The position numbers and the translations under genes were made by a program. Source: Armatimonadota bacterium (GTDB lineage: Bacteria > Armatimonadota > SYMT01). From it: 64,000 bases of DNA. Positions 1 to 9,337 of the stretch are shown here, piece after piece. The stretch's first letter is position 1; the number at the start of each line of letters is the position of its first letter. Below the pieces are notes generated by a model that searched no databases, had not been told where the DNA came from, and saw nothing but the letters and a program-made list of their open reading frames with translations. The stretch spans positions 8,012 to 72,011 of the forward strand of contig JBKBRF010000036.1 of NCBI GenBank assembly GCA_046292385.1. The letters are read 5' to 3'.

Positions 1-43
1 TCCCTGGTGGGCCGCTCGGTAGGGCGGCTAGGAGGAGGACGAG

Positions 44-223
44 ATGCATAAGGATGAGGTCAAGGGCAAGCTGAAGGAAGCCGAGGGCCGGCTCCAGGAC
101 GCCTGGGGCGACGTGACGAACGATCCGGAGCACGACGCCGAGGGTAAGGCGAAGCAGACGGAAGGCAAGATCCAGCAGGGTGTCGGCAAGGTGAAGGATG
201 CGCTCCACCGCGCCATCGACTAG
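44..223 (+). CDS. CsbD family general stress protein
   Basis: Own translation (not in ORF track): MHKDEVKGKLKEAEGRLQDAWGDVTNDPEHDAEGKAKQTEGKIQQGVGKVKDALHRAID; strong RBS GGAGGAGG upstream; CsbD-type pattern. Confidence 0.9.
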   Translation: MHKDEVKGKLKEAEGRLQDAWGDVTNDPEHDAEGKAKQTEGKIQQGVGKVKDALHRAID

Positions 224-245
224 GCGAGCCGCGCCTTTCGCATAC

Positions 246-274
246 CGGGGGTCCGGCTTTATGCCGGGCCCTCG
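246..274. terminator. Hairpin between convergent csbD-like gene and methyltransferase
   Basis: cgggggtccggc-tttat-gccgggccctcg stem-loop; no clear U tract. Confidence 0.45.
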
Positions 275-303
275 CTGCATTTAGAGCCTATCAGGATCGG
301 CTC

Positions 304-1095
304 TTAGCGGGCGGCGCGGACGGGGAAGCCTTCTTCCGCCAGCGACAGCGGCATCCGGGCGGGGACCGGTTTGCGGGCGACGCAGAGGATGCTCAATCCG
401 AACGGGAGCGGCAAGCGCCGGGCGAGCGCCAGCTCCGCGTCCTGGAACCGGATCAGCGCGCGGTTCACAATGGGCGGGACCTGCGGCAGCTTCGCCGACT
501 CCCCGCTGCGGCTCCGGCTCGCCAGGCGAGCGGCGACCGCCAGAGGGAAGAGGCCGCTCAGCAGATAGGTCTGCTTCTCCACGTGCAGGCCGGAGCGCCG
601 TACCAGCTCCCGGAACTGCGAGCCGTGGTAGCGCCGCTGGTGATGCAGCGCCTCGTCGTGGGGACCCCAGAGCGCCTGGTACGCGGGCACGCTCGCTACC
701 AGAATGCCGCCGGGGCGCAGCACGCGCGCCAGCTCTTCCACGGCGCGCTGGTCGTCCGGCACGTGCTCCACCACGTCGAGCGCGGTGACCACGTCGTAGG
801 TCCCGGTGCGGAACGGCAGGACGGTCAGGTCACCACCCGCCAGGCGGCGATGCCCGCGGCTGCGGCTGAAATGGAGCGCGTCCGGGGAGAGGTCGATCCC
901 GTACGCCTCGACCTCGGGCCAATCACGGAAGAGGTCCAGCATCCCGCCGGTGCCGCAGCCGGCATCCAGGATGCGCAGGGGCCGCTCCGCGGGGGCGTGG
1001 TCCAGGATGAAGCGCGCCGCCGCCTTGCGCCGGGCGACGAACCACCAGTACCAGTCCTCCAGCGCGTGCATGCGCTCGTATTCGACGGGGTTCAT
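304..1095 (-). CDS. Class I SAM-dependent methyltransferase
   Basis: ILDAGCGTGG motif I, LDVVEH, RVLRPGG, HDEALHHQRRY; family commonly next to glycosyltransferases. Confidence 0.9.
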   Translation of the reverse strand: MNPVEYERMHALEDWYWWFVARRKAAARFILDHAPAERPLRILDAGCGTGGMLDLFRDWPEVEAYGIDLSPDALHFSRSRGHRRLAGGDLTVLPFRTGTYDVVTALDVVEHVPDDQRAVEELARVLRPGGILVASVPAYQALWGPHDEALHHQRRYHGSQFRELVRRSGLHVEKQTYLLSGLFPLAVAARLASRSRSGESAKLPQVPPIVNRALIRFQDAELALARRLPLPFGLSILCVARKPVPARMPLSLAEEGFPVRAAR

Positions 1096-1117
1096 ACCGG
1101 CTTCCGCGGCGTCGGGA

Positions 1118-1885
1118 TCACGCCAGCTCTTCGATCGGCGCCGGCTCGGGAGTCCGTCGCAGCCAGTGCCAGCGGATGTGGAACAGCTCTCCGAAGACCC
1201 CCGGAGCGTGGGAGAGGCGGACCCGGGACTCCCCGGAGTTGGACCAGGTGACCGGTAGATCGATCACCCGCAGGTCGGCCTTCTGCGCGATCACCAGGAC
1301 CTCCACGTCGAACATCCACCGTCTGACGGTGAGGCAGGGGAAGATCTGCTGCGCGGCACGCCGGGTGAAGAGCTTGAAGCCGCACTGGGTATCCGGATAC
1401 GGCAGCCCGCCGAGCAGCCGGATGCAGCGGTTCATCACGCGGCCGGCCCGCTCCCGCCACCACGGCTGCCGCACCCGCAGGTTGGACTGCGCCAGCGCCC
1501 GCGAGCCGATTACCACGTCGTAGCCCTGCTCCAGGTAGGGCAGGAACTTCTCCAGCTCCTCCAGCGGCGTGGAAAGGTCGGCGTCGGAGAAGAGCACCCA
1601 CTGGCCGAGCGCGCGCCGCGCTCCGTAGGCCACGGCGAACCCTTTCCCCTGGTTCTCCTCGTACCGGAGCACCCGGACCCGGGGATCGCCCCCCGCCGCG
1701 GCCTGCGCCACCTCGGCGGTGCGGTCCGCGCTGCCGTCGTCGACCACCAGGATTTCATACGAGTACCCGGCGCCGTCGAGGTACTCGCGCGCCCGCGCCA
1801 GGGACGCGGGCAGGCGTCCTTCCTCGTTGTAGCACGGGAAGATCAACGAGAGCTGCGGACTGGGTCGCGAGTCGCTGAGTGGCAT
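1118..1885 (-). CDS. GT2 glycosyltransferase, polyprenol-phosphate glycosyltransferase (DPM/DPG synthase-like)
   Basis: PCYNEE, VVDDGSAD, NQGKGFAV, FSDADLS, DTQCGFKLF, FDVEVL motifs. Confidence 0.9.
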   Translation of the reverse strand: MPLSDSRPSPQLSLIFPCYNEEGRLPASLARAREYLDGAGYSYEILVVDDGSADRTAEVAQAAAGGDPRVRVLRYEENQGKGFAVAYGARRALGQWVLFSDADLSTPLEELEKFLPYLEQGYDVVIGSRALAQSNLRVRQPWWRERAGRVMNRCIRLLGGLPYPDTQCGFKLFTRRAAQQIFPCLTVRRWMFDVEVLVIAQKADLRVIDLPVTWSNSGESRVRLSHAPGVFGELFHIRWHWLRRTPEPAPIEELA

Positions 1886-1971
1886 GGATGCCCTATTTTA
1901 ACAGGTCTCTCCCGCGCGCGGGAGACCGTCCGTGAGCCACCGGCTGTTTCAAGTTGGCCCTCTGGAGCCCC

Positions 1972-2014
1972 GGGTTCGCAACCTGCAACCTGCCAACCTG
2001 AAAACTTGCAAACC
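1972..2014. repeat. CAACCTG-family short tandem tract
   Basis: gcaacctgcaacctgccaacctgaaaacttgcaaacc; same family as 18685-18795 and 25322-25406. Confidence 0.75.
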
Positions 2015-2019
2015 GGAGA

Positions 2020-3006
2020 TTACATCTGGCCTTCTACGATCAGGCCGTCGCCGGGATAGACGCGGATCACGCGGGCCGCGCCCGCTTCGACCAGGTGACG
2101 CGCCAGGTAAGCCGGATCTTCGTGTACCGCGATGATCGTCCCGCCCTTGCCGGCGCCGGCGAGCTTGGCGCCGCGAGCGCCCGCGGCGAGCGCCGCGGCG
2201 ATGAGACGCTCGTTCACTTCGCCGCTGCCGCCCAGGTCGCGCTGAATCGCGTGGTTCTCGTTCATCGCCGCTCCCACCGCGTCCCAGTCGCCGGAGAGGA
2301 CCGCGCTCTTCGCCTCCCGCGCCAGCCGGGCGATCCGGCGGTAACCGGCGACCACCGCCTCGTCTCCTTCAATCCAGCGGTCCCGCAGGCTCTTGTGGAC
2401 GGTGCCGGAGTGCCGCTGCACCCCCGTGTTCGCCAGCAGCAGCGGCAGCTCTCCTACCAGCGGCGCCAGCGGCTCCACGGTGGCGAAGACCGGCTCCTCG
2501 GCGGCGGTCGGCTCTTTGTCCTGGAAGTCGAGGTAGTTGAGCCCGCCGAAGACCGTCATGTACTGGTCCTGGAACCCGCAGACGCACTTCAGGATGTTGA
2601 GCTCGATGTGCCGGGCGGTCTCCGCAATCTGATACGGATTCAGACGGATCTCCAGCATCCGGAGTGTCGCGCCGAGGATGGCGACCATCATCGCGGTCGA
2701 GCCGGAGAGGCCGCCCTGGATCGGAATGGTGGTGTGGGCCCGGAGGTAGAACGGCCGCAGCTCCAGGACCTGGTCGAAGAACGTAAAGACCGCCTTCGCC
2801 GCGTCGGTGTAGCTGCCGTTGAGGGAGAGGTCTTCCTTACCCGAGATCACCTCCCGGTCGCCGCAGATCTCCAGCACGGTGCGGCGGGCCGGGGTGACCT
2901 CCACCACCGCCCGCTCCGCCAGCGCACTGGAGAGCACGGAGCCGCCGTAGCCATCGGTCGGGTTCCCCACCAGCCCGCACCGGCCGGGCGCCGAGGCATG
3001 GATCAT
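2020..3006 (-). CDS. GHMP-family sugar kinase (HddA/glucuronokinase-like)
   Basis: APGRCGLVGNPTD, IPIQGGLSGS, GFQDQY..FGGLNY, GAKLAGAGKGG; start placed at MIHASAP. Confidence 0.85.
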   Translation of the reverse strand: MIHASAPGRCGLVGNPTDGYGGSVLSSALAERAVVEVTPARRTVLEICGDREVISGKEDLSLNGSYTDAAKAVFTFFDQVLELRPFYLRAHTTIPIQGGLSGSTAMMVAILGATLRMLEIRLNPYQIAETARHIELNILKCVCGFQDQYMTVFGGLNYLDFQDKEPTAAEEPVFATVEPLAPLVGELPLLLANTGVQRHSGTVHKSLRDRWIEGDEAVVAGYRRIARLAREAKSAVLSGDWDAVGAAMNENHAIQRDLGGSGEVNERLIAAALAAGARGAKLAGAGKGGTIIAVHEDPAYLARHLVEAGAARVIRVYPGDGLIVEGQM

Positions 3007-3126
3007 CTCGCTAGTCCCTCTCGCACGGGGTTCCGTATCCACTCAACAGCGCCGCGGCCTTCGCCCCCGGGACGGGAGGAAGGCCGCGGCGCTCAACGTC
3101 TCAGATTCGCAGCCGGCCGGGCGCGG

Positions 3127-3720
3127 TTACTCTGCGGCCGCTCGCCGGGCTTCCACCTCGTGCAGCATGCGCCAGAAGATGAGGTGGAGGATGATCATGT
3201 GCGCGTCTTCGATCCGCTGCATGTTGTCGCTGGGGACCACCAGCGGCTCATCCACCAGCGGCGCGAGCTTGCCGCCCTGGAAGCCGGTGAGCCCCACGGT
3301 GTAGGCGCCCATCTCCCGCGCCAGCCGCGCCGCGTTCAGCACATTCGGCGAGTTGCCGCTGCCGCTCACGCAGAACACCAGGTCTCCCGGCTGCACCCAC
3401 GGGCGAAGCTGCTCCGCGAAGATCTGGTCGTACGCGGTGTCGTTCGCCCACGCGGTCATCAGCGCCACGTTGTCGGTGAGCGACATGCACTTGAACGTCT
3501 TCGTCTTCCCGCTGCCGAAGTAGATGCACTTCTGGAAGTCGTTCACGATGTGGGAGCAGGTGGAGGCGCTCCCGCCGTTCCCCAGGAGGAAGACCTGCCG
3601 GCCCTCGTCGTAGGCGCCGAGGACGCGGTCTACCAGGCCCTGGATCTGCTCCGGAGAGAGCGCTTCCAGAATGCGGCCTACATCACGCAGGTAAAACTTG
3701 ATCTGCTCCATGCGCTCCAT
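3127..3720 (-). CDS. gmhA: Sedoheptulose-7-phosphate isomerase (SIS domain)
   Basis: GNGGSAS, TAWAND..YDQIFAEQL, SGSGNSPNV, GLTGFQGG, QRIEDAHMIILH; true start may be 3711. Confidence 0.85.
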   Translation of the reverse strand: MERMEQIKFYLRDVGRILEALSPEQIQGLVDRVLGAYDEGRQVFLLGNGGSASTCSHIVNDFQKCIYFGSGKTKTFKCMSLTDNVALMTAWANDTAYDQIFAEQLRPWVQPGDLVFCVSGSGNSPNVLNAARLAREMGAYTVGLTGFQGGKLAPLVDEPLVVPSDNMQRIEDAHMIILHLIFWRMLHEVEARRAAAE

Positions 3721-4831
3721 CCTGAAGGGGGTGCCCGTTCGGCGGCACGCCCTGGGCCAGCCGCAGGTCCCCGTTTACTACCACGCCGTTCCCAACACCG
3801 TTCCCAACACCGTTCCCATTGGCGACGCGGCGGCCGTTGCCGTTCATCGCGTGGCTCATCGCCCAGACGCCTTCGATCTCCTTGCGGGTGACCGGGACCA
3901 CGCCGAGCTTCCGCACCTTGGCATTGCCGGCCAGGTTCGCCACGGTGGCCGCCTCCACCCAGTCGCCGCCCGCCGCGCGGGCCAGCGTAGCCGCCGCGAT
4001 GGCGCTGTCGCCGCAGCCGCACGGATCGTAGACCTCCAGCGGCACCACCGGCAGGTGCCGGCCGGGCTTGCCCGCCTGGAAGAGCACCAGGCCGCGCCCG
4101 CCCAGGGTAATCACCGCCGCCCGGCACTGGCAGACTTCCAGCAGCCGCTCGCCCGCCTCGTCGATGCGCGCCAGCTCGGAGAGCTTGAGGCCGGTCACCG
4201 CTTCCGCCTCGGACTGGTTCAGCGTCACCAGGTCGAGCTCCCGGTAATGCAGGATGCTGGCCGGCTTCGGGTTGGCGAGCACCGGGCGACCCGCCTCGCG
4301 CGCGGCGTCGAAGATCTGCCGCACCACCGATTCGGTCAGCACGCCCTTGCTGTAGTCGGAGAAGAGCACCGCGTCGGCCCAGCGGAGGCCGGCCTTCGCC
4401 CGCGCCACCACCTCGTCCGCCACTTCCTGCGGCACGGGAGAGCGGTCTTCGCGGTCGACCCGCACCACCTGCTGGTTGTGGGCGATGACTCGCGACTTCA
4501 CCGTCGTCGGCCGGGTAGGGTGCGCCACCATGCCGTCGCTGCGCACGCCCTGCCGCTCCAGCACCTCGCGGAGCCGCTCGCCCATCGCGTCCTGGCCGAC
4601 CACCGCCACGATGGAGGCCTGGCCGTCCATCGCCACGATGTTGGCGGCGACGTTGCTGGCGCCTCCGGCGGCGTAGGTGGTCTCCACCTGCTCCACCACC
4701 ATCACGGGGGCTTCCGGCGAGATGCGGTTGACGCGTCCCCACAGGTACTCGTCCAGCATGCAGTCGCCGACGACCAGGACCCGTTTGCCCCGGAAGCGAT
4801 TCAGCAGCTCACGAAGTCGTCCTTTTTCCAT
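3683..4831 (-). CDS. rfaE1: D-glycero-beta-D-manno-heptose-7-phosphate kinase (RfaE/HldE domain I, PfkB family)
   Basis: VLVVGDCMLDEYLWGRVNRISPEAPV, GGASNVAAN, QQVVRVDRE, SDYSKGVL, DPCGCGD; no adenylyltransferase domain; low-complexity C-terminal tail. Confidence 0.85.
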   Translation of the reverse strand: MEKGRLRELLNRFRGKRVLVVGDCMLDEYLWGRVNRISPEAPVMVVEQVETTYAAGGASNVAANIVAMDGQASIVAVVGQDAMGERLREVLERQGVRSDGMVAHPTRPTTVKSRVIAHNQQVVRVDREDRSPVPQEVADEVVARAKAGLRWADAVLFSDYSKGVLTESVVRQIFDAAREAGRPVLANPKPASILHYRELDLVTLNQSEAEAVTGLKLSELARIDEAGERLLEVCQCRAAVITLGGRGLVLFQAGKPGRHLPVVPLEVYDPCGCGDSAIAAATLARAAGGDWVEAATVANLAGNAKVRKLGVVPVTRKEIEGVWAMSHAMNGNGRRVANGNGVGNGVGNGVVVNGDLRLAQGVPPNGHPLQDGAHGADQVLPA

Positions 4832-4900
4832 ATTGCTGTTCCGCCCGGTCCTCTGGCTGCGCTCCCGGGGGAGGCGCGGTTGGAGCGGGAGCGCCGCAGG

Positions 4901-6181
4901 CTACTCCGGCTCGACTCCCTGGATCAGCGCCAGGGTTTCCTGTAGCGATTCCCGGAATACGGAGACCGCGTGGTCGATCTGCTCTTTCAGCACGATCAGC
5001 GGGGGCTCGAAGCGGAAGACCCGGGGATTGCTCAGGTAATATCCCACCACTACCCGGCGGCGTGCCACCGCGGCGATGGTGAGCCCCGCCACATCCTCGT
5101 CTTCAAACTCGAGGCCCAGCAGAAGTCCCTTGCCCCGAACCTCCCGGATTACCTCTGGGAACTCGGCCTGCAGGCAAAGAAGCTCTTGCAGAAAATATGC
5201 CCCTAACTCCGCCGCGCGCGCCGGGAGTCCCTCCTCCCGGAGCACCTTCAGCGCCGCGATGCCGGCGGCGCAGGCCAGCGGGTTCCCGCCCGGGCTGCCG
5301 AAGGTGCTGGTGTGCAGCCACGGCCGCTCCCGGAACGCCTCCCACACCTCCGGGGTGCCGCAGAAGGCTCCCAGCGGCATCACCCCGCCGCCGAGCGCCT
5401 TGGCGAGGCAGATCAGGTCCGGCTCCACGCCGTAGTGCTCCACCGCGAACATCGCGCCGGTGCGTCCGAGCCCGGTCTGCACCTCGTCCGCGATCAGCAG
5501 GGCGCCGCGCTCCGTGCAGATCCGGCGCACTTCCGCCAGGTACTCCGCGGGAGGGACGATCACCCCGCCCTCGCCCTGGATCGGCTCCAGGATCACGGCG
5601 GCGGTCTGGCCGGAGACGGCGGCGTCGATCGCCGCCACGTCCCCGAACGGCACCTGCCGGAACTGCGGCACCAGCGGCTCGAACGGGGTCTTGTAGAGCT
5701 CTCGGCCGGAGGCGCTCAGGGCACCGAGCGTCTTGCCATGGTAGGCGCGCTCCGTGGAGATCACCTCCGCGCGCCCGGTGCAGACCCGCGCCAGCTTCAG
5801 CGCGCCCTCTACCGCCTCGGCGCCGCTGGAGCAGAAGAAGGAGTACTGGAGCCGGCCGGGGAGGAGGCTCGCCAGCAGCTCCGCCAGCTCCGCCTGCACC
5901 GGATTGAAGAAGACCGGCAGCGTGAGCGGCATCCGCTCGAGCTGCTCCCGCACCGCCGCCATCACCGCCGGGTGCCGGTGGCCCAGGTTGAAGACCCCCA
6001 GGCCGCCGAGGAAGTCGAGCCACGGGTTCCCTTCCACGTCGGTCAGGAACATCCCCTCGGTGGTGCTGCCGAGCGTGCCATACCCCATGAACTTCAGGAG
6101 GTTCGGCAGCGTGGGGTTCAGGTAGTCGCGGTACTGGTCCGCGGTGGAATCGACCCGGCTCTCCAGCTCGTCAGGAGTCAT
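4901..6181 (-). CDS. Class III PLP aminotransferase (putrescine/acetylornithine aminotransferase family)
   Basis: SGAEAVEGALKLAR, YHGKT, EPIQGEGG, DEVQTGLGRTG, AKALGGG, HTSTFG. Confidence 0.9.
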   Translation of the reverse strand: MTPDELESRVDSTADQYRDYLNPTLPNLLKFMGYGTLGSTTEGMFLTDVEGNPWLDFLGGLGVFNLGHRHPAVMAAVREQLERMPLTLPVFFNPVQAELAELLASLLPGRLQYSFFCSSGAEAVEGALKLARVCTGRAEVISTERAYHGKTLGALSASGRELYKTPFEPLVPQFRQVPFGDVAAIDAAVSGQTAAVILEPIQGEGGVIVPPAEYLAEVRRICTERGALLIADEVQTGLGRTGAMFAVEHYGVEPDLICLAKALGGGVMPLGAFCGTPEVWEAFRERPWLHTSTFGSPGGNPLACAAGIAALKVLREEGLPARAAELGAYFLQELLCLQAEFPEVIREVRGKGLLLGLEFEDEDVAGLTIAAVARRRVVVGYYLSNPRVFRFEPPLIVLKEQIDHAVSVFRESLQETLALIQGVEPE

Positions 6182-6300
6182 GCGCTGAACTTCGCTTCTC
6201 TACCGCGTGGGAGCCGATCCGCAGGCCGCACCGGCAAGCCGCGGGCGGTTTCGGAAGAACGGCCGGGGCGGGGGACTCTGCGCGCGGCCAGGGCCGGCGA

Positions 6301-6329
6301 ATGCTAACACGATTGGGATTGAGCGTCAA
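6301..6329 (-). promoter_or_regulatory. Putative sigma70 promoter for aminotransferase/heptose gene run
   Basis: Minus strand TTGACG-17 nt-TAGCAT with TGn extended -10. Confidence 0.6.
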
Positions 6330-6638
6330 CCGACCCTCCAGGGGGCCGCGGGCCGGGGACCTGATCGCTCGCCGGGCGGAGAGCGCTTCCCGTGGTACTA
6401 TTTCGGCACCCGCCTTTCGGAACCTCACCCGGCGGCCCCCTCTAACCCCCTGGCGGACGGCTCCTACTCGCGGCATAAGGGACTCGGCGGCGCGCGGCGA
6501 CGGCTGGACTCTGCGGGACACCACGACCACCGCAGGAAACAAGCAAGCCCGCGCTCAACATCTCTCAAACCGGGTTACTCGAAGTCACCCAGCGCGCGCC
6601 GGCATGCCCCTCGCTGCAGCCGCGCCGCAAGCGCCGGG

Positions 6639-6741
6639 TCGCCAGCGAGCAAGAGTAGGAGCAGGAGCAGGACCTCCCGTGCACGGAGGCTCCCACTTTA
6701 GCCTTTAGCCTTCTGCCTTTAGCCATCTGCCTTTAGCCTTC
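6639..6741. repeat. GAGCAG module plus (TTTAGCC/TTCTGCC)x6 heptamer tract
   Basis: Six heptamers at 6697-6738, reverse complement of the 15299-15420 tract; the adjacent module matches (reverse complement) 7886-7912 and 63607-63645. Confidence 0.8.
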
Positions 6742-6746
6742 AAGAG

Positions 6747-7805
6747 ATGGAGATCACCTTTTACGGCGTCCGCGGCTCACTTCCCGCTCCCGCCACGGCG
6801 GCCTGCGTGGAGGCGCAGCTCGCCGCCGCTCTCCACCAGGCGAGCCAGGCCGGAGCGCGGTTCGAGACGGTGGAGGAGGCGCGGCGCTGGCTGACCGCCC
6901 ACGTGCCGTTCCACCGGCGCGCCACCTACGGCGGGGACACCACCTGCTTTCTGGTGCGGTGTGGGGAGAGCCGGATCGTGGTGGATGCCGGCAGCGGGAT
7001 CCGCCGCCTGGGGCTCGACCTGATGCCGGAGCTGGCGCGGACCGGCTCGCTGGAGCTCGACGTCCTGTTCACCCACATGCACCTGGACCACGTGATGGGG
7101 TTTCCGTTCTTCGCGCCGCTTTTCGCGCCGAAGCGGCAGCTCTCGGTCCGGCTGGGGCTGCACGGCGGGGCGGCGTGGCAGAACGACCTCCAGCGGGTGC
7201 TCTCCGCCACCTTCAGCCCGCCGCTGTTCCCGGTCGACCTGGACAAGCTCCGCTCCGAGGCGGCCAGCCTGGAGTACCATCCGGTCTACGACGGCCTCCA
7301 GGTGCGCCTCGGCGCGCGGGGCGACGTGACGGCGTTCTGCCGCCGCCTCAACCACCCGAACGAGACCTATGGCTGGCGGATCGAGCACGAAGGGAAGGTG
7401 TTCGTCGTCGCCACCGACACCGAGCCGTTCGCTGGCCCGCACCCGGCGCTGATGGAGCTGGCGGAGGGCGCGGACGTGCTCTACGTCGACGCGCAGTACG
7501 ACTGGCTGCAGTACACGGGCGCCTACGACGGCGTCTCCCGCGTCGGCTGGGGACACGGCTACGCGGAGTGGTGCGGCCGCTACGCGCGAGAAGCGGGCGT
7601 CCGGATGGTGGTGATGGGGCACCACGACCCCGCGGCGGGGAACGAGCGGGTCTACGAGCTCGGCGAGAAGCTGCGGGCGGAGTTCCCAAACACGGTGGTC
7701 GGCTTCGACGGCCTACAGGTCCACGTCGCCGGCCGCTCGATCGAGGCGCTCGGGGCGGGAGAGGGGGGAGACGCGTATCGCGTCGCACGCGACGCGAGGG
7801 TTTAG
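6747..7805 (+). CDS. MBL-fold metallo-hydrolase
   Basis: FYGVRGSLP, YGGDTTC, DAGSGIR, THMHLDHVMG, ATDTE, GWGH, GHHDP. Confidence 0.9.
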   Translation: MEITFYGVRGSLPAPATAACVEAQLAAALHQASQAGARFETVEEARRWLTAHVPFHRRATYGGDTTCFLVRCGESRIVVDAGSGIRRLGLDLMPELARTGSLELDVLFTHMHLDHVMGFPFFAPLFAPKRQLSVRLGLHGGAAWQNDLQRVLSATFSPPLFPVDLDKLRSEAASLEYHPVYDGLQVRLGARGDVTAFCRRLNHPNETYGWRIEHEGKVFVVATDTEPFAGPHPALMELAEGADVLYVDAQYDWLQYTGAYDGVSRVGWGHGYAEWCGRYAREAGVRMVVMGHHDPAAGNERVYELGEKLRAEFPNTVVGFDGLQVHVAGRSIEALGAGEGGDAYRVARDARV

Positions 7806-8004
7806 GGTGTAGGGTTTAGGGTGCTTTAGAACGATGAAGGATGAGGGATGAGGGATGAATCCGAGCCCCGCGTTAGCGGGTGAGCCCTGCTCTTGCTCCT
7901 GCTCGCTGGCGACCTTCGTACTCCGGCGCGGTTTCGCCAGCTCGACCCAAGCAAGCAGGACGGGAGTCCCTGACCCCTGACCTCTGAAACCTGACCCCTG
8001 CCTC
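7797..8004. repeat. Composite intergenic repeat: TTTAGGG-like, GATGAGG, CCTGCTC and CTGACCC tracts
   Basis: gggtttagggtgtagggtttaggg; gatgaaggatgagggatgagggatgaa; cctgctcttgctcctgctcgctggcga; cctgacccctgacctctgaaacctgacccctg, between convergent genes. Confidence 0.8.
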
Positions 8005-8009
8005 CCGCC

Positions 8010-9248
8010 CTACTTCCCCACGTACGACACGCGCCAGATGCGGTGGCCGCCGTCGTCGCTGACGAGCAGGGCTCCGTCCGCCGCTACGGCTACGTCGACC
8101 GGGCGGCCCCAGACGTTTCGAGAGGCCGGATCGGTGAGGAAGCCGGTCATGAAGTCCTCGTAGCCCCCCACCGGCTTGCCGTGCTGGAAGCGGACGCGCA
8201 CCACCTTGTAGCCGGTGCGCAGGGAGCGGTTCCAGGAGCCGTGCATCGCCACGAAGGCGTCGTTCCGGTACTCCGCGGGGAACTGGGAGCCGGTGTAGAA
8301 GGTGCAGCCGAGCGGCGCGGAGTGGGACTGCAGCAGCACGTCCGGCACGATCACGCTCTTCGCCGGCTCCTTCGGCTCCCGCACCACGCCCGGATCGCGG
8401 TTCGTGCCGATGTAGTAGTAGGGCCAGCCGTAGAAGCCGCCGGACTTCACTTCGGTAAAGAAATCGGGCACCAGGTCGTCCCCGTAGCCGTCCCGCTCGT
8501 TCACCACGGTCCAGAGCGCGCCGTCCGTCGGGTTCAGCGCCAGGCCGGCCGGATTCCGAAGGCCCCAGGCATAGCGGCCCAGCTTCTTCCCGTTCGGCTT
8601 GTAGGCGTGAATCGCGGCGCGGACCGGCTGCTCCGGGCTGTTGTTGCTTTCGGAGCCGATCGCCAGGAAGAGCTTCTTCCCGTCCGCGCTGAAGAGGATG
8701 TCCCGGGTCCAGTGCCCGAAGCCGGGGATCTTCTTGATCAGGACCTTCGGCTTGCCGGAAGCGCTCAGCCGACCCGCCTGGTAGGGGAGGCGTACCACGG
8801 AGGTGGAGTTGGCGACGTATAGCCACTTGCCCCGGAAGGCGAGACCGAACGGCCGGCTCAGCTTCTGGCGGCGGTCGGCGAAGACGGCCATCGTCTCCGC
8901 CACGCCGTCGCCGTCCTGGTCCCGCAGCGCCAGCACCCGGTCGCCCCCGGAGTCGGCGACGAAGACGTCGCCGTTTGGGGCCACGGCGAGGCGGCGCGGG
9001 CTGTTGTTTCCGCCCAGGTTCTCCGCGAAGACGTTCACGCGGAAACCGGCGGGCACGTCCGGCAGCTCGCCCTCCGGCCGCGGCACGAGGATGGGGCCGT
9101 TGCCGGCGGAGGGCGTGGCGAACGGCGCCGGAAGGACCGCCGGGTTGATGTAGTGCTGCCGGCCGGGATAGTCCATCTCCGCCTGCGCGAAGACGGCGCC
9201 CGCGGCGAGCAGCGAAACCACGCAGAGCTGGGTGGGGCGAAGCGGCAT
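8010..9248 (-). CDS. PQQ-dependent sugar/L-sorbosone dehydrogenase family protein, secreted
   Basis: Signal-like N-terminus; GHWTRDI, GLRNPAGL, VVNERDGYGDDLVPD, FYGWPY, HSAPLG, HGSWNR, WGRPVDV. Confidence 0.85.
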   Translation of the reverse strand: MPLRPTQLCVVSLLAAGAVFAQAEMDYPGRQHYINPAVLPAPFATPSAGNGPILVPRPEGELPDVPAGFRVNVFAENLGGNNSPRRLAVAPNGDVFVADSGGDRVLALRDQDGDGVAETMAVFADRRQKLSRPFGLAFRGKWLYVANSTSVVRLPYQAGRLSASGKPKVLIKKIPGFGHWTRDILFSADGKKLFLAIGSESNNSPEQPVRAAIHAYKPNGKKLGRYAWGLRNPAGLALNPTDGALWTVVNERDGYGDDLVPDFFTEVKSGGFYGWPYYYIGTNRDPGVVREPKEPAKSVIVPDVLLQSHSAPLGCTFYTGSQFPAEYRNDAFVAMHGSWNRSLRTGYKVVRVRFQHGKPVGGYEDFMTGFLTDPASRNVWGRPVDVAVAADGALLVSDDGGHRIWRVSYVGK

Positions 9249-9337
9249 CTTGTGGCTACTCCTCGTGCGACGGCCTCCGAGCGCTATCATACCGAGAAGC
9301 AGCAGCTCGCGAGAACGGTAGACGAGAGGAGCATCGC

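Noticed and set aside
7797..7823. TTTAGGG telomere-like repeat
   Set aside because: Only about three degenerate units; belongs to the local heptamer family also seen at 49489 and 53158.
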